A DNA stretch of 56,596 bases, filler included, from Sphacelaria rigidula (taxonomy: Eukaryota), in assembly GCA_964200075.2 (NCBI GenBank). It is 6 parts of 6 records of this genome, joined end to end, with 100 filler letters (N's around TTAATTAATTAA, not from the genome) between each part and the next. Parts side by side here need not be neighbours in the genome. Positions count along the whole stretch, not along the records: positions 9,452 to 18,802 come from CAXNAA020008700.1; positions 18,903 to 28,252 come from CAXNAA020008701.1; 4 more parts are not named here. One strand, 5' to 3'. The notes beneath the pieces were generated by a model that was not told the origin of the DNA, made no database searches, and saw nothing but the letters and a program-made list of their open reading frames with translations. Of the stretch, positions 12,510 to 25,375 are shown in pieces; positions within the stretch are counted from its first letter, which is position 1, and every line of letters starts with the position of its first letter. Made by a program: the position numbers and the translations under genes.

Positions 12510-13460
12510 GCTTCACCGACTGGAAACGTACGGGGCTTCCCCATCAAACTCCACAGTAGTTGAATACTAACAAATGCTCTCGATGTAGTACCTACACTTT
12601 TTGGGCCAGATGGAAAATAAAGTTATCGATATTTGATCAAATTCGGAGCCCCCTCGCTCGAAATTGCAGTTTCAGTTTCTTCGCCGCGTGCTTCAGGCCA
12701 TGCAGATATTTTTCCATTCTCATCTCCTCTCTCGAGCCTTTTTATATCTTCAGGTATATTTCCTCGTCTACTTGGCGTCTGAGCATTTCTTTTTGCCCTG
12801 TCCATGATGTCTTTTGTACCTCGCGCCTCCACCTATGCACAGTATTTGGTGTTGGTTTTCCCCTATCTCTTTCCATACTTTCTCGACTTGTCTATCCCAC
12901 CTTTTTCCAGCCTGTAGCCTTATCAACTATGGTTGACAATCTCTTCAGTCCGGTCCTCCTCATGCTATATTACCGCCGCGCCCCGGTGGTGTAATGGTCC
13001 CACTGTCGCTATCACGGTGGAGAGAACGGGGGTTCGATCACCGATGCGTTTCGTTTTCATTTTGTCATGTATGATTTGCACCGTCGAAAGCGTGAGAACG
13101 TGAGTAAACAAAAGTAGACGACAGGGGTTGTGTGACGTAAGTGGACGCGGTGCGGGAGTGCCGATCCAACCCGCGAGGTCAAAATGGAAGGCACGCACGG
13201 GGGGAGAGATGGGTTGATCCTTTGAGACCACGGACACATCCCGAGGGGGAAAAAGGTTCAAAGTGTGAGGGGAAAAAAGTACCATACCAATTTACTCATG
13301 TCTCTGTTTTGGCTGCGTACGTTCTTCACTCTGCTCTTGAAGTTAGATAACTCGTCGTTTCCGAGCATCCAAGCATCTTATTAGCTGCTGCAATCGGTAC
13401 TGTTTCCAACTTCTTCCACCAACTCTACCCTCCCCTCCCATACCTCTCCTAATATTCCAG
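12510..13460 (-). mobile_element. Decayed LINE ORF2 (region C-terminal to RT), interrupted by a SINE
   Basis: Minus translation KKLETVPIAAANKMLGCSETTSYLTSRAE* is typical of post-RT LINE sequence. It continues on the other side of the SINE at 12975-13280. Confidence 0.65.
12975..13280 (+). mobile_element. tRNA-derived SINE, family A (full length)
   Basis: Head gccgcgccccggTGGTGTAATGG...GGTTCGATCA, conserved body, A-rich tail. Confidence 0.8.
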
Positions 13461-15049
13461 CATTGGTACAAAAAAAAATGTAGGTGTGGGTGTTTTCATT
13501 TTCGGGTGTTTTCGAATATGTTTGGAGGCACTCTACTCTGTAAGATGCGCACAGCTATACTGAAAGCAAGACTAGTAACGTTGCAAACGCTGAAGATCAA
13601 CGGTCTGCGGCGATGCACGACCCGCTCCCCTCAGAATATATTTCGCTCGTGATGACTACCTCGAGAGAAAACAGTCGGAATAAGGGTGTGCATATTTGCA
13701 GCACTCGATAGTACCAGGAATTCGGAAACCGTACTCTTACCGTAACCCTCACGGTATCCCCGAGGAAGAGGATGCGAAACGTGGCGGTGTCGGATTCCAA
13801 ACCTCCCAGCCATACGCGGCATTGGACGTTGAAAGTTCCAAACTGCAAGGTCGAATGGAGGAAAGTGCCAGATAAGTGCTTCCTGTGTGCATGTTTGCGG
13901 CGCTTCTTAGTACCAGAGTTTCCCGAACCAGCGCCTTCACTCTAACCCTGACCCTAGCCGAATGCAAAACGGGACGAATTTGGATTCTTAGAAGCCAGTC
14001 ATACGCGACCGTTGCTAGATGGTGTGCTTATCCGTGCACCTCGCACTCACTCTGGCGATGCGTGAAACTGACGTTAGAGAAGTTTATATTTCCCGATGAT
14101 GGGCTCATGGATGTTCTTGTCCAAAGGATTATCCTGAAGGTGCCGTGAAAGGGTTGGAGGTTTGCCGTTCAAAGCGACATGAAGGGTTTTTCACCGATCG
14201 ACTGAGCACGAGTGTAGGTGTATTTCAAATCCAACAAATGTTTAGTTTCGAGTGTAGCCCATACTGTGCCATATTCCACCAGGTGTCTCACTCTTGTGCT
14301 ACAATGTAATTTGGCAGTGAACACCTTCGAATCGCGATGGAAAACATCCTAACGGGTTCGATCGATCGAATGTCGTACATGAACGTATCGCATTGATCGG
14401 TAGATGGCCACGCGTGTGGTTGGACAGCTCTTGGTATACTCGGTGTTGATTCAAGGAAAGAAGTGGTGTCCCAAAATATACTGTCATGTGTATGAAGGAG
14501 GCCGGTTCTGGGTACTCTTGTTGCGGTATGTTGTGCCAATATTCAATGCGGTTATCTCGGCAATGAAGCGGAGGATTGGACTGCGGTTTGTTGCGTGCGC
14601 CTTCCACACACCCTATCTAGGTAGCGTCGTTCCGCGACTGCCTTCGTGCGTGATACTAAGCTGCACGGAACTAAAATGTACACAAGAACATTTCCTGCTT
14701 TGCAGTTTTGGGTATTTTCGGGTCCGCTGTAGCAAATTGAGCAAAGAGGTGACGGCTTGACCCACCAAGCTCTTGTGTGTATGCGGGGGGCTGTGCAGTC
14801 CCGCCTGCCGGCTAGCTTCATATGTCGAGAAACTCGCGATAAAAAGTGATACAGCTGTCGCATACTAAAGCATGTTCATGAGGGATGGAGCTTGTGTCCC
14901 TTTCGTGTTCTGCTCGGCAGCTCGGCAGAGGTGCGACCACTTGATGACGTGTTCATTTTTCCTCCGTGTTTTGTTTGATCATTTTCGGAGAAGGTTTGTT
15001 GATTCTTGAGGGCCCCTCTGACACCCACAACTGTCTTGAGTACAGGGCA

Positions 15050-16190
15050 AAACGGTGGTCTGATGGTCAGACTGGTACCGTCAGGGTGCAGAGGACAATG
15101 GTTCGGTTTCTGTCAGACACGTTTTTCTCCCTTCGAAATACATGAATTCCATCCGCGTATCAAACGTGAGTACTTAGGGAGACATGGACTGGTGCCTTGA
15201 GACCATTAGACCATTAGACCATGGACTCGTCGCGAGGGTGGCGGGAGATTTGGGGTGTGAAGGAAAGGAAAGTCGTGTGTCGATAGAGACTGGAAAACAC
15301 AAGAGGTTATGTGCCGTAATATACCAACTTGAGTACAGCACGTGGCTAAATATTCGCCTGGAGAAACATGATCGCGATTCTGCAGCGTATGATCGCTATG
15401 ATGGGGCCATGAAATATCTTGGACGCCTGGGTAGCGTGAGGTTACCCACTGGGTCTGCGGTATTCACATGCGCGAGTCCCGCACTCCTACCGTGTGCCTT
15501 GTACTTTCTGTACTACACATAGCATTCGCTTGGCTGCTGACTCTCTTCGGACCAAAATTATTGTTGGAATGTCATCGTCACATCAAAGCTATCGTGGTAC
15601 ATACAAAAAAAACGCCCGGACTGTCCTCCGCGGAGTACCATTTTTGTTTGCAACTTACGTGAATGTTTTGCGCCGTGTTCGGCACCAAAAAGGTCCCGAT
15701 ATAGTACTGTTCGGAAAAAAGGCGTGGCAGCCAGGGAGTGCTGCGTGAAGAGTAGAAAGTACAAGGCACCTGGTGCGAGTGTGGGACTCGCGCATGCGGA
15801 TACCGCCGACCCAGCGGGTAATTGAACGCTTCGCATACGTCCAAAATATTTCATGGTGCCATCGTAGCTGTCATACGTGACAGAATCGCCGGCATTGCCC
15901 AATATTCGAGCACGTGCTGTACTTGATGTAGTGCACTTTCTGCACACGATTTATTTTTGTGTCACACCTTATCGATACACAGCCTCTCTTTTGTTTTTGT
16001 TCCCCTTCACCCCGTCCCTTCCTAGAGACGACTCCGTTGTCTCAGAGGACTCACCCATCTTCCCTGATGTCCTCACTCTTTGGACGGTCTAATCCTGTTC
16101 CCGGGAGAAAGCAAGATGCGTCTGGTGCGAGTCGAACCTACGTTCTCTTCACCCTGACGGTGGCATTCTCACCACTTGACCACCGAGGCA
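15050..16190. repeat. Large imperfect fold-back with a SINE-A remnant in each arm
   Basis: Inner arms ~15330-15550 and ~15710-15925 are reverse-complementary (paralogous ORFs 15184+ and 15558-). SINE-A heads lie in opposite orientation at ~15050(+) and ~16190(-). Confidence 0.75.
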
Positions 16191-17018
16191 CTTTCTTCGT
16201 GCCAAAGGACTCGAACGATGCGTGCCTCAATTTTCCTCATTTCGGGGTGAGATATTGACAAGGAAGAAAGCGCACTCAGGCCTACTCTGCCCCACCTTTG
16301 GCTCATATATACACATATATATTTTCTTCCCGCTTACTTTGAGGAGTTTGAACTGACCATGGTTAGTGTGTAAAAAAAGAATAGGAAGCTGAGGGTGTCA
16401 CGCGGTGGGCCCAAGTCTCGTTTCTTTGGTGTCAAACTTCCACCCCGAGTTTCGAATGCTTTAGCCTTGGCCGGCCCAGCTCGTATTTTCCCTGCTCCCG
16501 TGCATACGTTTGTGTCCTGTTTTTGACCCAACAACTCAGGTGTTGCAGTAAGTCATCCCTACGTGTACGTACCATTGGTCTCCATTACGATGGCAGACCC
16601 AGAAACGCCATATCAAAATCCTCTACAAAAACAAGATGTGAACGGGGAAAATGGTGTCTCTCTTGGACACAGGTTGTCGAGGAGCCAGGATCGTTTCATA
16701 GGCCATAATCTCAGTTCTCTCCAACTCGTATCATCATACATCGACGAACTGTATCACACCATCGGAGAAGTATAAACAGTAGCAGCGTATTTTTGCGCAA
16801 CTCGACCGCATGGAAAGGAGCGTTCGCTCACCAACCCATACTCAAACGTTGTTCTGTCCGATTTGTACACGACGCAGCTAGCTGTTCTGGTCTTTCGTTT
16901 TGGATTATATCCTTTGTATACAGCCCTTCTGCTATATAAACAAAAGTGCTGGCTATCCTTGTTCCCCAAGTATTTGATGAGCGCAATTGGAGGAGACACG
17001 CACTAACCGTAAACGTTC

Positions 17019-17279
17019 CAGGGTTCGGACGAATCATCGCCTGTTGAAACCACCAATTCCACGATTTTTTTCCAGGCCTGATTGCTCGAGAGAGAATCGA
17101 AAGCTGACCGCTGGTCGAAAAGGTCTACACGCAATGTTTGCGCCATTCCGCCTGCCTGGGCTGCTCGTACCTGGATTGCAACGCTGAAAACAAAGCCTAA
17201 GGGGTGATTCGTACGGCACGAATCAAAAACACTGAAATCAAGAAACTTCCAGATGAAACACTAATTCGCCCGACCGTAG
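17019..17279. mobile_element. MITE family B (probably hAT-like)
   Basis: cagggttcggacgaat ... attcgcccgaccgtag. The flanks share a 7-8-nt aacgttc repeat; exact ends are ambiguous. Confidence 0.7.
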
Positions 17280-18120
17280 CAACAACGTTCACCCACAGTA
17301 ACTTTCGTTCCCGGTTAGTTGCCACTCACGAACATGGCAACGACCAACATGCGGAGGATACAACTCCGCATCTACTCGGCTGTGAAGGTTTACTGCATAG
17401 TCCAATACACAGCGGTGCTTCTCACTGGTTCGCATCTACTCGGCTGACGTCGCGTGTGCAAAGTCTGGTGCATGTATAATACTCTTTCGTACTACGAAAA
17501 CTCACCAATCGGGTGATATTCTTCATTTTCGTCGGATGCGAAACAAGCACGTATTTCGAGGCACATGCAACCGACAGCAGGAGCGCTTCAAACCCATTTT
17601 CGATGTGCGTGGTCGCTGTCTGCAATGTACGCTTGGACAGGATGTTTTTCTCGTTTAGTCACATAATAAACCTTTCCCTTCCCTTCCTCGGGATGAGTCC
17701 GTAATGTAAGGGGATCAAACGATTTCTCCCAAGTGCGCGCTGTATGTTGTTGCATGCATATTTTTGGGTGAAATGAGCAGTACTATAAAATTGTGGGAAG
17801 CCTTTTGCAGACGGTGAAATGATGAACACGGCATACACCATGATGACGGTTTGGTCACGTTATGCAGATAATACTTGACCATCTGGAAGATCAGTGTCTC
17901 CGACGTTCATGAAATTGTGTTGCCTTGCCCATACATTTGGACGCGAAATCCGTGGGAATCGTTCATTCACGGCGGGGAATCCGAATTCATCATTTGCCAT
18001 CATTGAATATGCGTTTCGTCGCTGTCAGTTCCTCTCGCCCTCGTTCACGGTTATAGCACGGTTATCAAGTTTTGAGGAGAAAACGGGGAGGTTGCAGACG
18101 TCACTCGCCGGGCAATATAT

Positions 18121-18382
18121 CACGGTTAGGACGAATCATCGCCGGTTGGAACCACAAAATCCACCATTTCTTAGGCCTGATTGATCGAATGACAAGAGAA
18201 AGGGGTTGACCGCTGGTGAAAAAAGATCTCCACGCAATTATTGCGCCATTCCACGTGCCTGGGCTGCGCGTACCTAGGTTGCAACGCTGATGACAAGACG
18301 TGAGGATTGATTCTCACGGTATGAATCAGTCACACTAAAATCAAGTAATTTCCAGACGAATGGTGGATTCGTCCGACCCTTG
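18121..18382. mobile_element. MITE family B (probably hAT-like)
   Basis: cacggttaggacgaat ... attcgtccgacccttg, flanked by caatatat/caacatat. Confidence 0.7.
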
Positions 18383-18387
18383 CAACA

Positions 18388-18772
18388 TATCACTCTTCGA
18401 TGATCGAAATTGGGCACTTCCTGGAAGTCTGTCGACAATTTGGCGACGACCAAAAGTGCATGCACTTTTATTCACAAAATATACGGATGAGTTTCGAAAA
18501 CTCATCCTTCGGTGAGTTCAATTTTGCCAGGCTGTACATATCTCGTGGATTTGACAATTAGGGAACTTGCTGCAATTCTTCCACCATTTTTAGTTTCACA
18601 TGTGTGTTGTGGGGGAAAGGTAGTGTTGCGGAAAAGTCGCTGCATAATCAGAATGTGTTTCCGAAACTCCATTACGTTCGCGTGGATTCAAGTGAACGTA
18701 CTCTTGGTCGTGGCGAAAACGTCGCCCGCGATTTCCCTACGTTGTAGTACTTTCCATCATCGAAGGGTGATG
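18388..18772. mobile_element. MITE-like element with imperfect ~70-bp TIRs
   Basis: atcactcttcgatgat...gcgacgaccaaaagtgcatgcactt is an imperfect reverse complement of aagtgaacgtactcttggtcgtggc...atcatcgaagggtgat. Confidence 0.5.
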
Positions 18773-18802
18773 GCGATGAAGAGTGCATCCCCCCCCATAA
18801 AT

Positions 18803-18902
18803 NNNNNNNNNNNNNNNNNNNNNNNNNNNNNNNNNNNNNNNNNNNNTTAATTAATTAANNNNNNNNNNNNNNNNNNNNNNNNNNNNNNNNNNNNNNNNNN
18901 NN
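18803..18902. other. Artificial scaffold linker
   Basis: N run with central TTAATTAATTAA, 100 nt in total. Confidence 0.98.
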
Positions 18903-20059
18903 CCCGGCTGATGCGCCCACATATACCGAAAGGTATAGACCGGCGTCCAGAATAGAAGGGACGACAACACACACACTCAGCGTGGCACGTTTTCTACATC
19001 ATTTTCCCCAGTTGGCCATATGATGAAGCTCCTCCTTTGCTCGTGCTCTGACCGCAAAGTGCTGGTTACGCATACACACTCCCGACCGCTGCCTGTACTG
19101 TCATGTGCTGCCGGTCATCTGTGCGAAAGCGCGGTGTCTGCCCAAAGAGAGGTTGATTTGCCGCTGTATGTGTGATGATGGGCTGATCGATCGGCCGAGT
19201 GTCGCGCATTAACGGACCCCCGAAGGCTGTACCTATCCGTGGTCACGGGATAGACGAAATAGACAAACCTAAGGCCAACAAGTCGGAACACTCGCTAAAA
19301 GAAACTCAAGGAGGGATAAGGCAAAGCAAGATAGAATAAACGGAGTAGACCAAGCAAAAACGAGACGTGTGTGCCGTGCTCTCGTCCAACGGTCTGAAAA
19401 AAGTTGTGTGCTGTCATGCGGGATTGTGAGCGGTGCTCAGCGCTGATATTTATCGATATGTTGACGTGCCAGTGAGGTCCTGCGTTTGTAGTGTGGCACG
19501 TCTGCTGCTCAAGGGGTACGGACTACTGACTGTACCGTAGCCTGTGCTACTGCACCATTGTGCTGTACTGACTTTGCTAACAACACAGCAGTCACTGTAG
19601 CCATTGCGGCGTACACTGTTTGAACTTCGACTACGATTCCTTTTTTCTCTACTGTAGTTGAAAACGACGCCTTTGTTGTCTCTCAACAGCGAACCTTGAG
19701 CATCCCACATGCGCTGGCAATACTTCGGGTGATGATTTATGGCTGTTTCATGTACAAGTTTTATATTTGGTCCACGTCTCGAGTCTGTGTCACATAGGCG
19801 AATAGCAGTTCACCTAACGAGTATCTACGTGCATCAGGTTACCACGCGGCTGCCTGCAGAGGCATTCAGAGTGTTTTGAAGCTCATCTCGACCACCGTGG
19901 CGAATACCGCTTTTGGCGCGGAAACTTGGGTGTGAGTTGATATGAGAGAGTTGCCACCCATGCACCTACGTTTTTCGAACACATCGATTGCAGCTGGCTG
20001 ATGGGTTGGAACAGGAGCTTAGATGCCTTTCCCGCGTAGAATAAGGCGAGCACTTTCGG

Positions 20060-20418
20060 ATTGTGTTGTCATCTCATCTATTGTGGACGCCAGTTTACAT
20101 CGTTCTGTATATGTGGGCGCATCAGTCGGGGTCACACAGGAGGAAGGTCAACCCAAGAGTTTCTTCTTTATTTTGTTTTAGTACCCCACCTTCCTTCTGC
20201 GGTGCTTGTCTAATTTTTTTATCGCGAGAGGGGTTCCGCGGTCCCTTTCCCTTGTCGACCGTGAAGTCGATTTTGTGTACCCACGAAATAGTCGCTCTCC
20301 ACTGTTAGGCATGATGTGAGAACAAATCCTAGATCGGGTGATTTCACCGAGATTCGAGCCCAGGACCCAACCGTCGGGCGGTTTTGAGGTTTCCAACTGA
20401 GCCACCGGGGCGACCGGT
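20060..20418 (-). mobile_element. tRNA-derived SINE, family B
   Basis: Minus strand starts ccggtcgccccggTGGCTCAGTTGG (A box), followed by GGCTCGAATC (B box). A second copy lies at 24925-25289. Confidence 0.75.
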
Positions 20419-22649
20419 CTTTAAATTCGCATATCATGATTTCCAACCGACAAAACCGCACAAGGGCTCGAACTAACCTGGAGAGTCTCGAGTCGCTCCA
20501 GTGCTGCTTCGTAGTCTGAGCAACACAGCCTGAGCAACGTCGCCCGCCGGCTCGCCTCTGCCGTCAACAGCCGAATGCTTCTGCCATTTGCAAAGTACAA
20601 CAAGTGTGCGTATTTCGGAATATGACAAACACCTATTGCTACGCTCAGATGTAGACGAACTTACGAAGGCGTCGCCTACAGGTCAAGGTACGAGTGCCGT
20701 GCTCATGGGTCTCTGCATAGATGACTACTTGAAATAAATACCACGTATCTTACCAACTACGTGAGCGTGATTTTGTCATGGTGGGATTTTGATTCCCCAC
20801 ACTTGATCCATACTGACCTCAAGTGACTAAAAGCGGCTATTTCGTATTTATCCTAGTAGCTCACCTGTACATACTAATCTCATGTTAATATTGTTGATAT
20901 CAGGGGTACACCGCAGTCATTGAGTAAAGAATTTTTTGGTATGATGGTAGTCTAAAATAAGTCAAGTCAACAGTGCAGTCGTTGCGTACAGTGCTGTACC
21001 TTACTTAATGGGAATGAGTTTAAATTTGTTCGCGCCACAAACGGAGGAAAACTACATACAATGCGAGGTCGGCGTAAAATTCAGCATTCGACAGCCACGG
21101 CGATTCACATGGTGGTTGGGTTCGAACGAAACCTCGTGACCGCAGGCATATGTGATCATACCGCACAAAGCCTTGATTGTCCGAACGAGGGCGATACTCG
21201 ACCGTTTCGAGGTACCTGACGTGGGCAGATGCGGCAAAATCCCATTTTTTTCCATGGTCTTGGTCAATCGCCGATGGTTTATTGTTCTCACACGCGTCGA
21301 TTTTGTTTCTTCGGTCGTGTGCGCAGGAAATAGAATTGCCGTCTTTCAAGATGGTGTAACTTCACAACGACAATGATGCACATCCCGTAAATCGATACCG
21401 TGGACAGCACTACTCCCAGGCACCGTGGACGACACTGCTTTTACAGGAACAGGGGTGGATCCTTCATGCTGGTGGCGCTGAGTTATCACCAAGCTCATCC
21501 ACCAGAGTCGCCGCTAGTAACACAACAGGTTGAAAGTCGACATGAGAAGTTTACAAGGGTGCCGTGGTACCGTTTGCAAGACAGACAACCAGAAAAAAAT
21601 CATCAGCCCAACACGAACGAATCGTTGCACTCTTCTTGTACCCGTACAGAGAGTCGGGACAGCGAGTAGGTAGCACTCTTTGGACTCTTACTATGTTGCT
21701 GCGCAGCAACACCAGCAGCCTCTCAAACCGCAACTGCTGTTGCGGCGAACCAGACTACAGTACAGCATCAATCACACGGTTCACCCATACCGCACCAACA
21801 GCTTGTGTGTCTGGCCGGCGAAGGAGATCTGGGGAGAAACCTATGCCCGCTGGCATTGTGGACACTGTGCGGCAGTGCTGAATATGCACAACGAAACATG
21901 GAGTAGACAAGGATACAGGCAGGTAGCGCCAAATATACTGCTGGACGATGCCTGGCGGTTACAACTCAACGTGAATGTACGGGGGGGGGGGGCTTGAATG
22001 GCCTTACATGGAAAAGCTTTACGAAAACATATCCGAAACGGCTCGTCTTGCACGAAAGGCGAGGTTCACAAGGTGTTCTTTTCAATGTTCTGTGGTGCGT
22101 ACATCGCTCACGCTATACAACGGTTGCAGCACATGCGAACACCACCATCAGGTGGCCCTCCCGATCTTTCCTGTGGTTTGAATACTTTTCGGCCACGTGA
22201 TTGGTCACTTGAATAGCTTGAATCGAGGACTGCTTCAAGGGAAGTTGGGCCTATACTACAGTGTCATTCCCGGTCAACAATATGGAGGCGATATCTTCGA
22301 TGTCTCCAGGCACACCGCACCTGGTGTCTGATGTTAAAACTTCCATCCTGCTTGATGCCACAGGTGGGTGTTGAAGCAACAGGACCGGTGACCCAAGGCG
22401 TTTTGTACGCTGTGTGAGTTGAAAGGATGACCATGAGCCTCTGGCGCTTCAATCAGCGAGAATAGGTCATCTGTTGAATCAACATCGACTTCACTTGAAA
22501 AAAGTATGCATGATCCAGATGGACTCCCCTCGCGGTCGAAGGGTTAAGCAGTCACCCACACTCACCCGGTCGACTTTTGGGGAAGTTTTTCACAGAATCA
22601 CTTGATCTCACAATGCAAGAGAGAGCAATTTTCACGTGTGCAACCTTTG

Positions 22650-23211
22650 CAAGGTTGTGTTCGGTAGGGTACGGGTATGTTCTGTAGGGTGTGAGATTCC
22701 TCACAGAACTTAAAGAAATATCGGGTACCGGTAGGAAAGTCTTGCAGAAATTACAAAACTGTCGGGTACCGGTTTGAAAGTCTCACAGGAATTATAGATC
22801 TTGTCGGGTGCGGCATAGAAGGCTTGCAGAAACCGAACCGGCAATCGGGTATTTCTTTCAGGACATTCCCGCGCTCCGGGGACGGGCATACATTATGTAC
22901 AGAACTCACAGAACTGTCGGTTAAGGGTATGGGGGGGCGTACGAAAGTCACAGAAACTGTCGGGGAGGGTATAGAGGCTGCAAAGAAAACTGTACAGTAC
23001 CCGCAACGGGGTATCTGATTAAGAGGATACCCGTGCCCCCGGTAACGGTACGGGAGGCTTGCAGAACTCACAGAACTATCGGGTAAGGGTATGAGAGTCT
23101 TGAAGAGTTTACAGAACTGCCCGGTACCCGTATGAAAGTGTCGGGTACGGTAAATACTCGGGAAAATACCCCGGATATATAGAAAGCCGCACCGTACATA
23201 ACACAACCTCG
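22650..23211. mobile_element. TIR element filled with ~40-45-bp tandem repeats (CACAGAACT..CGGGTACGGGTATG)
   Basis: Termini caaggttgtgtt / aacacaacctcg enclose many diverged internal units. Confidence 0.7.
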
Positions 23212-23212
23212 C

Positions 23213-23426
23213 AATTTTGCACACCTTGGACAATATATCGTCAATAGTTGCAATAGGCAAGAAATGTACTGCATAAAGTACAGCTCTATTGCGACTATTG
23301 TCGGCCGGCCGGACCTATTGTGACTATTGTCGGCCGGCAATAGTCGTAATAGGTCTATACTTTATGCAGTACACCTCTCGTCTGTTGCATCTATTGGCCA
23401 TATAATGTCCAGGGTGTGCAATTTTG
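23213..23426. mobile_element. Palindromic fold-back MITE
   Basis: ttttgcacaccttggacaatata..tgtactgcataaagta is mirrored by tactttatgcagtaca..tataatgtccagggtgtgcaatttt. Confidence 0.75.
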
Positions 23427-24388
23427 TCACAGATGGATCGCGGGTATTCCAGCGTTAGCCAAGCATGGTGCGATGAAATCAGTACGGTACGGCCAGATAC
23501 GTGCACACAAACGGTGTCAACTTCGCCTCATGAGTCCCGGCAGCCGGATGCATTTTGTACATGAAGCGCTTCCGATCGACGCAGTGACACGAGTTCCTTG
23601 CCATCCCAATGCCTCAGCCATATTCTTTGCCTGCAGCGCCAGCTTTCCGTGCTGATGTGGCCACGTCCCCCCTAAACTCAACACAAACAGTACATAATTT
23701 GACAGAAGCCTAGAGGTATAGCCAAGACGTCTGAGCCATGAACTACTGTGTCATTGGAAGGGCTTGTTGGACAACATCGAGGCGGGAAAACTGAACATCT
23801 AGGGGTGCTATACAGCGTACACAACCGTACACCCCATTTTATCCTATTTCAGAAACAAGAGTCCCACCTTGAGGCCTTGGAGCAAGCGTTGAGAAGTTCC
23901 TCCAGAGAATCTTCCATTTTATTCTATGAATCATAGATCATGGCCATCTCCGCGTAGTCCTTGCCGATAGCAACTGACCAGTCATGGCACTGCGTCTCGA
24001 ATTGCTGTAGTACCACACCTGACAGTACAGACAGTACATTGCGGCGTCGGCTCGTCACTGTACCAGTCACGAAAAGGTATAACAACGGTCGAAACAAGGT
24101 ACAGTAGGCTTGAATCCGTATATTGCGGCAAAACGAGCAACGTCCGGGAGAGAAGGCACCGACTGATAGGACTCCTTCGCCGTCTTGAGTTCATTCAGGG
24201 TGTGGTATCAATCTAGTGCATTACCTTCAACTTAGCTGCTGTATAGAGCAATATAGTCCCCTTTGTTCCCTCCCGCTTTCCTGCCAGCATTTGTGTACAA
24301 GTAAGTGGAGCAACGCAGACGCGGTGCCGTGGGCAAAACGGCGGATCGACTAACAAGTCCACGTCGCTCGGTTCATGTGTTTGTTTAA

Positions 24389-24487
24389 CCCTTAGACCGC
24401 GAGATTAGTCTTTCTGGACCATGCATACTTTTTTTTTACTCGAAATTGATGCCGATTCAACAGAAGACTAACCTCGCGGTCTAAGGG
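24389..24487. mobile_element. 99-bp piggyBac-like MITE
   Basis: TTAA|CCCTTAGACCGCGAGATTAGTC ... GACTAACCTCGCGGTCTAAGGG|TTAA. A related end lies at ~22530-22548. Confidence 0.85.
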
Positions 24488-24924
24488 TTAAGAGCTCGGT
24501 CAAGTGATGGAGCGGGTATGATGCAGGAGAGGGTTTCTTGCCTGAAAAAACCTTGGGAGTCCATCCCCCTATTTTCACATTCGTGCTCGGCCCTGAGTAA
24601 GTTGATGAGATATCATATTCTCCGTCGACTCTGGGCAAATTGGGCAAAACAATCGCCTGGTTATACAGTATAATAAGTACAGATATCTCGAGACTCACAC
24701 CGACAAAAGGATGGGCTTTCCGCTCTAGAAGCTTTATTTATTGCTCATCAGCGCAGCCCCGAGCACTACTCCGGCTGACCCGGAAAAACTAAAGGGCTCG
24801 TCATCGGAATATCCCTCTCGCGCTCGCACATTCAGAACAATCCCATCCAAACAACACATCGAAAAAACAGAGTGAAAAAACCTCGTCATATTTCGCCCAA
24901 TTTGGTTGCACCGCTACACAAATT

Positions 24925-25289
24925 TTGTGCGTGTGTGTGTGTGTGTGTGTGTTTGTGTGTTGTCCCATTTATTCTGGATGCCGGTCTACACCTCTCGGTT
25001 TATGTGGGAGATCCCGCCGGGATCATGTAGGAGGAAGGCCAACCGAGGATTTTTTTTTGTTGTTAATTCCTCACCTTCCTTCTGCGGTGCTTGCCCTCAT
25101 TTTTGATCGCGAGAGGGGTTCAGCAATCCCTTTCCCTCATTGACCATTATTAAGTCGAATTTTTTGTACCCACGCGACCCGCAACACATAATGGTCGCTC
25201 TTCGCTGTTTGGCATTGTGTGAGAAAAAATCCCACATCGCTCCGATATTTGAACCATCAAGAAGTTTCAAGGTTACCAACTGAGCCACT
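24925..25289 (-). mobile_element. tRNA-derived SINE, family B (head damaged), with (CA)n tail
   Basis: Co-linear with 20060-20418. A GT microsatellite on the plus strand marks the 3' end. Confidence 0.7.
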
Positions 25290-25292
25290 GTC

Positions 25293-25293
25293 G

Positions 25294-25375
<82 letters not shown>
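25293..25375. repeat. (GTT)n microsatellite
   Basis: Pure trinucleotide run next to a 10-N gap. Confidence 0.95.

Larger units (their letters stand above)
20478..24647 (-). pseudogene. Multi-exon gene fragment or pseudogene with TPR-like segments
   Basis: Exon-like blocks bounded by splice signals: 20580-20478 (SIRLLTAEASRRATLLRLCCSDYEAALERLETLQ), 21754-21692 (SGSPQQQLRFERLLVLLRSNI), ~22470-22321 (in-frame TGA), ~23630-23560 (AKNMAEALG), ~23975-23868 (AIGKDYAEMAMIYDS*NKMEDSLEELL) and ~24647-24540 (AIVLPNLPRVDGEYD). Confidence 0.4.

Noticed and set aside
12975..13050. tRNA gene
   Set aside because: A and B boxes are present, but I see no good cloverleaf and the head continues into a shared ~230-bp body in several copies. 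It is a SINE head.
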